Part shown: positions 10,597-22,500 of the stretch, one piece after another
How positions within the stretch are numbered: the stretch's first letter is position 1
Layout of the letters: every line of letters starts with the position of its first letter
Origin: Phoronis australis
Lineage: Eukaryota; Animalia; Phoronida
Assembly (NCBI GenBank): GCA_002633005.1
Contig: NMRA01000111.1
Location: forward strand, 655,112 to 719,111
Length of the DNA stretch: 64,000 nucleotides
Reading direction: 5' to 3'
Position numbers and translations under genes: made by a program
Notes under the pieces: generated by a model
Databases searched by the model: none
What the model saw: only the letters and a program-made list of their open reading frames with translations
What the model was told of the DNA's origin: nothing

Positions 10597-13500
10597 ATGG
10601 ACGAGCAGATCCGTAAACTAGAGACTGAAAATGAGGCTTTGAAGAGTAAGCTGAAGACATACAAAGCACTGAGTATGATTTAACAATTGCTCAGTTACTA
10701 TAACTTAGACACTAAGTGTATAGTGAACAGCTTATAGTAGCATTGGCTGTTGTGGATTTACTAACTTAAACTATGTGCATTTAAAAGAAAAACACTATGA
10801 ACCACGTTCTGTGCCCTGCATCCATTGTCTGCGCTCAAAACTCAACTCGAAAATTAAACATTGGCTTTTCACCGTTTTATTAGCCAGTTTGTTCTGGGAT
10901 TAGTGGTCTGGTGGTGCGTGTTTATAACTCCGCAAAACAAAACTACTGAGATGACGAACAATAAAACATAATAGTGGGCTCACTACGTGATCCCTTCCAT
11001 TCCAATGCTATTTGTCTAGTCAAATTTTTTACAAGTCTCCATAGGTCACTTATGTCTGTTGCAGATTTGCCTGTTAGTGGGCTATGTGTACATTGTATAG
11101 ATTGTTTAAGGGAAATACTAATTATTCAGTTGTTCATGGTGATATTGTGGTAAATATGAGCTCTCCGCTTAATGAAGTTAAGCTGCTATGAAGCTATCTT
11201 CAGTCAAAATTTAGTGAGACCACGTACTGTTATAAAGTTGGTCTCTACTCTTTCTTTAGTTGATTAGAAGTGACTTCTGGACTTAGGGAGAATTGACATT
11301 TTGTGATTGCTTGAGACCTCGTTTGGCACTTAAATTGACATGCTGAATCAGAACGATGTTTTGGCTTGATGAAAAGGTTTTAGCGTCTCAATCATTATTG
11401 TATATTAATATTGTAGGTCATTTGTCACGCCGACAAGGACTCCATCACTGTGATCTATTAATTCACAGTGTACTTCAATGGTTTTACACATTGTAATGAT
11501 TCTGATGTGTTTTGCAGATGAACAACTCCGAATTGAAATACAAGACTTGAAAACTGAATGCTTGGAACTGAAAAAGGTAATTGTGGCATGCACGGCAACT
11601 TTCGTTAAAGGATCGTTTTCTTCTAACTTACAACCTGAAAATAAAAATTTTGAAAAACTAGTTGATTATTTGACTACATTATGTGCTTAATAAATCACAA
11701 GTTAAACCCCCAGAAGAATTATCAATTCAAAAAGTGCACTCTCCTAAAAAGCGTAGGAAACGGATAACGCACAGTGGGTCTTTTGGATACTAGCCCCATT
11801 ACAGTAAGAACTGTGTGCTTTCTGCTGCTTCATTTGACAACAGTTTCAGACTTGCACGTTTGGAAAGTTCTACTTGTGCCTGAGATGTGAGCAAAAAATT
11901 CCTATGTCCACTTATTAGGGCATTTGTGCTTAGGAATTGAAACATGATAGTGTTTTCAAGCAAGCTGATCTGAAAAATGCCTTTGCCATGATGTCACTTG
12001 ACTTTTACCCTATGACATGCACTAGTTTCTATTTTGGAAGGGTTAGCAGACCCTGTCACTCTTGTTGCCATTGATGTCCTGAGTAATCTGTTTGGGACAG
12101 ACATATTTTTGTATGATTGAGTAACCCGGTTTAGTAAGTAAGAATATATTCCCCTTTGTGTCATGCTTAAAAACTCTTTTAATTTTTATGTTTGAATAGC
12201 TTGGTGCCCAGGTTATGGCGAGGATACCTTGTTGTTTGTCTTAGGTTGTGTAATATTATGCCAAACATGCTGGAATGATTTATTAGTTACTTCCAGTAAT
12301 TGTTAAATGTGAGTGTGACTGCCAAAAAAACTAACAAAGTTCTTCGACTGAACCGTTTCAGAGAGGGTGACAGTTAAGTTTCTGTTTTGTTGATTTGATC
12401 TGATTGCAGTGTTAACATTTCATTTATATCTTTGATTCATGGAATGTTGAGAACTACTGCAATCATTAACATATATTAAGTTGTAAAATGGCATTCTCAT
12501 AAAGTCTGATCAGAAGGCATGTTATATTTGGGCCCTGGGTCTAATCTGTGTACTCGAAACTTTACTAAAAATTTACCAATTTCATGACATGCTTCGAGTA
12601 AACATACAAAGTTGTACTCGAATCCTTCAATATGATTCACTAAGTTTTGAGTCGAGTCTGGGTTTTGGGGGTTAGACTCTGGGCCATCACTTCTAATCTA
12701 CTGACTGAAAAAGTTCACTCACACACAAACTCTCCTCAAACACGTAGTCCGCTTTCTTATCATCTAACTCCAATTCAGGTGATGAGAGTATTAAGATATC
12801 AGTGGAGGAAGAGAAATTGCTGAAAGATGCAGCTTGAGTAAGTAAAAAGAACTAAACATGTTAAATGTTCTATTGTCACACTCTCTTTGTTGCTGTCCAT
12901 AGAGCATTTTTTATCTGTAATTGGTGATTTATCTTCTGCTATCACATCAGTCTAATTTATCTATTAAGGAGAAATTAAATGGTGGCTTGCATGATTTGGA
13001 AGAAGACCTTGAAGAAGACTCTTTACCCTCCATTTCAAGTTCATTAAGCTCCCCTGATGTAACTCATGAAGTGAGGAATTCCATTGGTGCAGTTAATCTG
13101 GCTGAACCTCGTGTCAAGGCAGCTGTAATATCACCGTTGGTAAGTTGCTTGGTTCGGTTATCTTTTGGTGGTTGACATGCAAACTAACCATTAAGAATAC
13201 CGTGTTCCCCATCACTGAATACTGGCCACGGACCAAAGTCGAGTTATTGATTGCATAATAGCCATGACAACTTGTTGGTCTTTGTATATTGTGTGAACAT
13301 TGTTGGAGTGGGAGGCATTGAACCATTTATTCTTATCACTCAAAAACTACTGCTGGCAGGCGTTACTCATGTTAATTTTTTTGCATGTTTGTTGAATTTG
13401 TTTTTTAATTTATCACCACCTGAGTTTTAGTTGAGTGTATCGAAGCTATGTAGTGATGATGGTATCAGTGTAATTGAGTAGCACTTTTAAAAAACTCACA

Positions 13501-16500
13501 ATGTTGGAATCAAAACATATAATTGTAAATCTTTATCACAGTCAAGAGTTTAATGAATGATGCTGATATATGAACACCTTTGAAGCCGGTCAAACCTATG
13601 GTTTCATAATATTATGTTTCCTGTTGCAGTTTCATACATTGCAAAGGGTGCTTGCATGAAATGTTATGCTCATTTTTCTGGAGAGTTGTTTTGATGACAT
13701 ATTTGTGTGGTGAAGTCTTTGGTAAACTAGAGTTTCATTTGCCATCATTTCTGTTTGTGTTTTAGAATGATGCTTCATCCCTGAGAAGTCAGGACTTAAC
13801 GTCTGTTGAAGTGAACCAAGCTGCCGAATATTTTGCACAGTCAACTGGTGTCTCTACTTCACCTGCTGTTAAAACCTCTGTAGCCAGTGTTCTATCAACT
13901 GCAAAACTGGAAAAATCGAATCGCACTTACAAGGTGTGTAGTTGTCTGGTTGTTTAAAGTGCATATTTTGTGGCTAACAAAAATGTAGTAATAAAATTTA
14001 TCCCATACGCGTTGAATCTGTCGAGGGAAATTCGGCCATGTAATAAAGTTTTCCGTATTCACCTCCCGCACTACTTCAACAGTGACCTCTGACTTGAAAA
14101 GTTCAAAAGATAGGTCAATATCGACTCTACGTAGTTAGCCGGTTCGATCTCCAAATTTCGGAAAATAGTTTATTGTAATACAATAACAGCAGTGTAGATA
14201 ACGCTCAACATACAATCAGGTCTCAATCGTAACATCTGGAACAGGACTGTTAATTATATGCCAGTTCTCTGTTCTGTCTCAGTTTTCATGTGCTAATATG
14301 TTATTGTCTGCAACTCAGGTGCCGATTCCTCGGTAACTACAATATCAAATGTTGTTATTTAACTATTTTCAGGAGATGTTACAAGTTCAATGAAAAGTTA
14401 CCCTTGTTTTCATATCTGTTATCCCTTTTTATGCGCCCACATATTTATATGTGGACCCATTATGCCATCATCTCCGTCCGGGCGGCGTCCAGCGTCCGCT
14501 GCTCTATTTCCAAAACCCTTTGACATACATTCATGAAATTTGACACATATATTCCATTCATGAATGGGACGGCATGTGCGAACTTTCGGACGGATCCGAC
14601 TACCGGTGTGTCCCCTAGTGGCTGTTTTTTACGCTTATCTTTGTATTTTCAAAAGTCCTGAACGGATTTTCATGAAATTTGGTATGTTGGCACCTATTAG
14701 TGAGATGACGCTATCCTCCCGTTTTCAGATGGATTCGACATAGTTTGCGCCACCTAATGGCCATTTTTACTGTTTTCGAATCTGTATTTTTGCGTCCACC
14801 CCTCTATCAACCAAACCGCTCAAAGGATGATTGTGAAAATTGGCATGTATGTGGTTACTATAAAGAAGACAGCTGACAATGATTTTCAGATGATTTGGAC
14901 TACTGTGGCGCCTCCTAGTGGCAGTTTTGTTTTTTTTGCGCCTATGGCTGTATCTTCTAAACCGTTCGCAGGATCTTTACGAAATTTAATAAGTGTATCT
15001 ATATGATGTTAACAACAGATGGTGACGACTTTTGGATGGATCCGCCTACCAGTGTGCCCCCTAGTGGCAATTTTATTTTTTACGTTTACCTCTTTATCTT
15101 CACAAGTCCTTAACGGATTTTCATGAAATTTGGTATGTAGGAACCTATTAGTGCGATGACGCTATCCTCCCGTTTTCGAATGGATTCGACCTAGTTTGCG
15201 ACACCCAGTGGCCATTTTTACTGTTTTTGAGTCTGTTTTTTGGCGTCCACCCCTCTATCAACCAAACCGCTCTAAGTATGATTGTGAAAATTGGCATGTA
15301 TGTTCTTACTTGGAAGAGGACGATTGACGCTGAATTTCCCATGACTTTGATTACTGTGGCGCCTCCTAGTGGCAGTTTTTTTTGCGCCCATGGCTGCATC
15401 TCCCAAACCGTTTGCAGGATCTTTACTAAATTTAGCAAGTGTATTTATGTGATGTTGACAACGGACGATGACGACTTTAGGATGATTCTGGCTACCGGTA
15501 TGCCTCTAGTGGCAAATTAAGTATTTTACATTGACCTCTGTATTTTCATAGGTCTTCAGGTGTATACTTTGTGTTACTTCGTGACTATGAAGGAAAAGTT
15601 CCAAGTAGAAATTATTTGTTTCTGGCATTGTAATGCTGTGCTAATCTCGTATGTTGGTAAATTTGTTTTTAATTCTATGTTTCTGTGGTGCTTTAAGCAA
15701 CTGATGTATAGGATGTGCTTGTATTATGAAGATCACTCACATTTTGCCCCTAGCCTATTGAGGAGACAATGACCATGCCTTTCCATTTTGCAAAGTACAA
15801 CATACTACATATATGCCCTCTACTGGCCACTTTATGGTACCAATAAACAACCCTAGAAGGATACCGTATACGGTGCAATTGTTGGGGGCATTTCAACGCT
15901 CTGCGTTGCTCTTGTTAAGAAATAAATCGTTGCGGTGTTGTAACGCTGGATGGCAGGGATTTATCGGAGTGGGTCTTCAAATAAACGTTTCTCCCTCCAA
16001 CTTCTTCTTTGTGGCTGAATATGTGTTAGGCGGATCAGGTAGGGTAAAGAAAATGTCCTGGACGTCGGGTCCAGCGCTGTGTAACAACAGCTGACGTTTC
16101 TGTTTGTCATCCGTGCACTCAGTGGCATCGGCGTAAAGTTCAAAACCGCGAATCCAACGCTCCCATCGTTGGTATGTCGTCGCTGTATCGCCGTTTGGGT
16201 CGAATGGTGCAATGGAAGTAACGGTTATATTCACTGCCATGGTTCAACTTACTGCGGTTTTTGGTGGAATGTTTCTCGGGTTATCGGTGGGTTGACATCT
16301 ACTATTCTCGTCGCCAGATGCAGTGTTGTAACGCTGGATGGCAGGGATTTATCGGAGTGGGTCTTCAAATAAACTGACGGCCATTTTGCATACTTATATT
16401 CCCTGACCTTGAACCTCGATTAACGGCATCTATTGGTACATATGTGAACTACAATAACAGCGGATACTGCAATCGTCACTTTTAAAACTGTTTCTTTTAC

Positions 16501-19500
16501 TAGAGAAAACTTGCAGCCTAACGCGCAAGTACATACATATAGGATGTGTTCCGCCACGTGAACAGTCTGAGTGAAGTATTTAAAAAATCTACGGAAAAAA
16601 TGAAAGACACTAAATACAAAACCTACCTTAATTGGCGTACATGAAGTAGTATCCCACTCGACATTATTCCGGGTATCGACTTCGCCTTTTGGTCTCGGTC
16701 GATTGTTCGCTCTCTACAGGTCGCAATTTTCGTCCGATTTTCACGAAATTTGCACACAACGTGTAGATCGGGAATCGCTGGAACGCTATTGTTTTTGGTC
16801 ATGATCGGATACAAAATGGCGGACGTGGCAGCCATTTTGTATCCGATTTCACAGTCAAATACTCNACAGAGATCATCAAAACATGTGTGGATGCACCGGA
16901 TGGGTTGGTCGCTGACTCAGCTGACAGCCAAAACAAGTTTCCATAAACAAAAACAATTGGCTAGCAAAGAAATAATATCAATAAGTAATAACACTATCAA
17001 ACTAACATACTAAGAATTATATGTATCATGAATGTCACAGATTTCATGACAGGTGAACTGAAAGCCAGCCAGCTGCGTGCTTGCATAGGAACAACGGTAT
17101 CCGAAAATCTCGAATAATTCAAAAAGTAGACGTAGCGCAAAATGGAAAACATCTTCTGAAAGCCCGTCCACAACTATACCTACTTTGATAGAGCATACAA
17201 TCAACTACAATAAAGAACAATAGATGGCGCAACATTACGGACGAGGCATGCTTTACAGTAGGACAGTGCTGGCTGGGTCAGTCTGGTTCAACTAGGCATA
17301 ACCAGAACAAAGTGAGCTGAAAGCCAGCCAGCTGCGTGTGACCGAAGGAACAACGGTATCCGAAAATCTCGAATAATTCAAAAAGTAGACGTCGTAGCGC
17401 AAAATGGAAAATATCCTGAAAACCCGTTCAAAATTCTATCTAAAGTGGTAGTTTGGCAAAAATCCAAAAAATTTTCGAGAAAATTGAAAATTTGCCGTTT
17501 TTTTTGAAATTCAAAGTCAAATAACTCGAAAATGGTAAGTATGAGAAATACGCTCTCGCAGACTTTTTGAAAGGCAATACTTCAAGGAATCCACATGCAA
17601 AAATTCACGTCATTTGCTCTTCCCATAAAAAATGCGACATCAGAGCGATTGAAACCGTGTGAACATGCCCCCCAGCCGCCATCTTGAAAGTGACTTCCGG
17701 TTCAATAATTTTTTATAAAAGCTTATTAAACTCAACAAACACGTGACCAGTTTGAAAGTGATTGGTTTGCAAATGCGCCCCCTACAGGAGAAAATGTTTT
17801 TAGCCATATTTCGGGGTGCGCATGCGCCACGTCCAATATTTCCCCCATCTTTAACCGGAAGTCAATGATTTTCTGCACAGTTGTAGCACATGCGCTCTAG
17901 TAAATTCGTACTGATTTTCAGCCATGTACGTCGAAAAATGCGGCCTCTACGAGCATTTGACTGTGAAATCGGATACAAAATGGCCACCACGTCCGCCATT
18001 TTGTATCCGATCATGACCAAAAACAATAGGCTTCTAGGACTTTGTGATCTACACGTTGTGTGCAAATTTCGTGAAAATTGGACCAAAATTGCGACCTGTA
18101 GAGTGCAAACAAACAAACAAACAAAATGAAAGCGCTCCGAGGAGCGAACCTTGGCGAAATTAACCAAAAAGATGACGATAAAGATGATGACAAAGATGAC
18201 GAATATGACGACGATGGTGAAAAAAAGAAGTATTAATAACATACACATGGCGAACGTAGAGGTCCGAAATCAGTAAGAAAAAGGCTACAGTCTTGTGCGA
18301 CACTTGGCGAAAATAACGGAAAAGACAACGACGGAGATGATGATGAAGATGACGAAGATGATGACGAATATGATGATGGTGGTGNNNNNNNNNNNNNNNN
18401 NNNNNNNNNNNNNNNNNNNNNNNNNNNNNNNNNNNNNNNNNNNNNNNNNNNNNNNNNNNNNNNNNNNNNNNNNNNNNNNNNNNNNNNNNNNNNNNNNNNN
18501 NNNNNNNNNNNNNNNNNNNNNNNNNNNNNNNNNNNNNNNNNNNNNNNNNNNNNNNNNNNNNNNNNNNNNNNNNNNNNNNNNNNNNNNNNNNNNNNNNNNN
18601 NNNNNNNNNNNNNNNNNNNNNNNNNNNNNNNNNNNNNNNNNNNNNNNNNNNNNNNNNNNNNNNNNNNNNNNNNNNNNNNNNNNNNNNNNNNNNNNNNNNN
18701 NNNNNNNNNNNNNNNNNNNNNNNCAAAAAAAAAAAAAAAAACTTGCTGTCAGAGCAACATACTTGGCGGAAGAATTCCGCCAAGTAAAAAACAAACTTAG
18801 TGGAAGAGCAACATACTTGGCGAAATTTATTTCGCCAAGTAAAAAACTTAGTGGAAGAGCAACATACTTGGCGAAATTTATTTCGCCAAGTAAAAAACTT
18901 AGTGGAAGAGCAACATACTTGGCGAAATTTATTTCGCCAAGTAAAAACTTGCTGTCAGACCAACATACTTGACGGAATTCGAAGAATTCCGCCAAGTAAA
19001 AACTTCCTGTCAGACCAACGTACTTGGCGGAATTCTTCCGCCAAGTAACTAGCATGTAAGTGTACAATCATTTGTCAATGACTAAGTTCTATACCTTGGA
19101 GTCTTTCAAAAAAAAAAACATTTGCAATGCAAGCTAATTTATTGACAGTTTCCCACCCAGTCAGAGAAGGTGATGTTTTGATGAATGGTTATAAAATACT
19201 GACAAACAATCAGTGAACATGTGAATTATCCAATACGTTTTGGTAATTTCTACGCTGCCCATTATGGGTCATGTGGTGACTTGGCGGACCTGTCAAGTTT
19301 GATGGCCAAAGTACTTGGGAAATGCTTGTGTTGTAGTGTGTTGTAATTGACTGATTTCTGCCAGCTATATTGTGAACTCAGGGGTCAAGGATGGGTGACA
19401 CCAGACTGAACTATGTCACTCCTTTAAAATCTTATGTAAAATTGCTTGGTTCTGCTAAGTGGTTTTCTGCCATTTGTGAAATTATGCTTTTGACATTGAA

Positions 19501-22500
19501 TGTGACATTCAGAAAATAATGTTTGACTTACTTCCATGCTGAAGGTTGACACAAAGTGTATACATTAACATGACCCTTGTAAATGTGCAAAACAAGGTTG
19601 AAGACAAAATTATGGCATGTTTTTGTAATAACTGAATTGTAGCATCATTCATATACTTTTCATTAAAAACGAGTTTCACATGGCATTGATTAAAATTAAG
19701 TTTCGCTATCTGCTACCGCCTATCCAAACACATTTTATTTGCAGTCTGACAAAAGATTTCTGTTCAATTATAAAATCAAGAAATGAGCATGGGGGATAGT
19801 GCAGAGTTTAAAAATAAATTATTTTACTTGCTAATCACCCCGTGGGAGGGGGATACTTTTAAGTATTTCATGAATGACCTGGTACATTTCTGTGATCAAG
19901 ATTTTGCAGTCACCAACTTTTGTGGCTTGTTATGTATATTTTTTGTTAATTTATGTAGTTACCAATTTATACATTTGGTCTATGGTTTTAAAGCAGTGGT
20001 GTGTAATATCGTGGAAATTGCTTGGTTTGAATAGTCCAGGAGAATGGTATGTCAATACTGATTGTCAATGAGTACAACCACAAAGTTAGCATTCTATTCT
20101 TATCAGTCAGAGCAATATAATGTCAGTTTAAACACGTCATAAGATTGGCATTTGTGGAATCAAAATTGGTTCCTGAACATAGATATTTCGAAGAGGCCAT
20201 TACAAGCCAAAATTATGTAGCTTAAACATAGCCCTTCATTCAGTTATTGGTGATAGTTGATGGTGTTTTGTGATGGGTTGACTCATTTGTACATAACCTT
20301 TTGATTTTTTTGCCGTAGGCTGTTACTGTGATTGAATTAGGATATGTACTGCTCTTTGTGTCCAACTATATCCATGTCTTCCATTTAGTAAATTAAACTC
20401 AGCTTTTGACTCGGATCACATAACAATACTATTTGTTTTTTCAAAGAAGCTGGATACACAATAGAAAATTCTTAGAAAACTGAAAGTGAAACAAAAATGC
20501 TGAGACTTATTATTTGTTTAGTTTCATTCATAGTTTTTTAAGTGAATTCTCAATACAGTGAAAAAAAATCAACCATTATGAAACTGCAATCAGTTTTCTA
20601 GCTTTGCCATTGTGTAAAAAGCTAAACAAGATTATCTTTAAAATTCTTAGAAGAACTTCATCAATGCTCATGCAGTATTTCTAAGAAAACGCCATGTTTT
20701 TATTGAATTTGTGAGATTGTGTGGACTTCCAATTGGGTTAATATTGAATCTTGTGCTCGTTGATATGATTGATAACTGGGTAATTAACTTTGGAAGTGCT
20801 CCCAAAAAGTTGTTGACATTCTTAAAGTGTCATTGACCTAGTGACCTCGGGTTATTTCTGATTATAGCAATGTTTATTTTTGCTAGGAACATAACAAGGC
20901 TTTACTTGAAGAAAACAAAAATGTCCGTGACGAATGCACAAGACTAAGGTAAGTCTGTTGTCTCAGTGAATGTTGTTCAACAGTATTTTGTAATATTTCC
21001 ACTCGGTACAAAAACCCTTTCAGACTCTAAGGCTTTGATGAGTGGCAGGATGCTTCATCTGTTGTGTTATTATGACTGAACATATTAGTTTTGAGGCATA
21101 ATGTCGGTAGGTGAGTGATGTTGACTTGCATGACTGGTTGGCAAATTGTTCAGATGACTTTTACGTCACTGTTAATTGGATGCATCATAGGAAACTCTAA
21201 TCAGATAATGATAAGTTAAGTACTGGGTATGTCCATTCAATACATCATAATTCTTGTTTTAGCACGACACGTGTTCGCGTTGTTTTTTGTTGATTGTATT
21301 TTACTCTTCTTCAATTCGTGGTGCAGTACTGGCAGATCATGAATTCAATAACAGATGTGTAAACATGAAATCAGGTTTGCGAGACATGAGAAAAGTCTAA
21401 GTGTGGTTACATGCTTTACCTGTAATGCTTAACGATTTCTCGTAATAACTTGCAGCCCAGGTTATCAATGTCAATAGAAAGTTAGGGGCCCCCCTGTAGG
21501 CTTGCGTTATGCTTTGATATATTGTTTCAACCATTCGACTATGGTGCCTCCCATAAAGTTTTACCATAATTTGTGTTGATGCATGTGTACTTCAGTGAAC
21601 TTTATTAAGCACTTGCAACTAGCAAGAAATTAACAATAAGCTTTCTTTGTGAAATGTTGCAGACATGTTCCTGTTATAGGAACATGTCTCTTACAGTATT
21701 TTGTTTTCCATCTGACTATTGTGCCTTAGGATGATATTTGATTAACATCGAAATGTCATTTCCATGCTGCACTCTCGCATCGTTTTTGTTTTCCACTTCT
21801 TACTTCCTATCACAGATGTGACGGCTTGAGCGAATTTTTGAGTGGATCCGGCAATCAGGTTGTCCCTAGAAAAGTTAGTGTCTAAACGTGATTCTAGCTG
21901 CCTTTCTTGTGTTTTTGTGTCCTTTGTCAACTTCCAAACTTCTTGAAGAATCATAATGAGAGGTGGTAGGTGTGTTCCTATTGAGAACAGTATTTCTGAC
22001 TTGCTTTGCACTGCCGGTCTAAATGATGACATTAAGTTTACTAGCATTGCTGCATCTCCTGTATCTGTGCATGGTGGGTGCATATCAACACTCTGTGTTG
22101 CCCCAGTTACATAAAACATCATCTGTGGACGAGGCAAATAATGCAGAAAATCAATCACGACTCAAAAGAACAGAGACACGAAAAGTGAAAGTGCACCACC
22201 AAAGAGTAAAATGAATGAAAAACTTGGAAGCGAGGTCGATGACAAAAGCAAAAACAGCAATGACCCTGACAGGCGTGGCACCGATGTCAAACCAACAAAA
22301 GTACATTGAGGAATCAAATCAATATAAGAGCAGTCATCAAATGAGAAAATAATGAAAGACTTGAAAATGGTAAGTCAGCTGCGAGAAAGGATGACGCACT
22401 GCAGACAGGTCTTGAGGAAATATATTTACATACTAAGTTTCAAAAGATTGCCTCAAACAATTTCGATGCTAGATTATTCCAAAGAGGCTACCACAGCACC

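Noticed and set aside
12531-12685. Small MITE with GGCCC(T/A)G(G/A)GTCTAA inverted ends
   Set aside because: The TIR match is imperfect and no TSD is visible, so support is too weak to list.
15980-15995. The Gypsy deletion as a spliced, retrotransposed RNA (the junction falls at a CAG in the LTR)
   Set aside because: Splicing out 3' U3 would also remove U3 from the regenerated 5' LTR, yet that LTR is complete. A post-insertion deletion fits better.
18741-19052. CRISPR-like array of palindromic repeats
   Set aside because: The sequences between hairpins are themselves repeated (no unique spacers), there are no cas genes, and the context is a eukaryotic intron.
17862-19067. Long ORFs (128-260 aa) near and across the gap
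   Set aside because: They arise from N runs, GAT microsatellites and the 51-bp tandem repeat.
21742-22440. 138-aa minus-strand ORF and coding-like composition
   Set aside because: No recognisable motif or splice context. It may be an old TE relic but cannot be assigned without a search.
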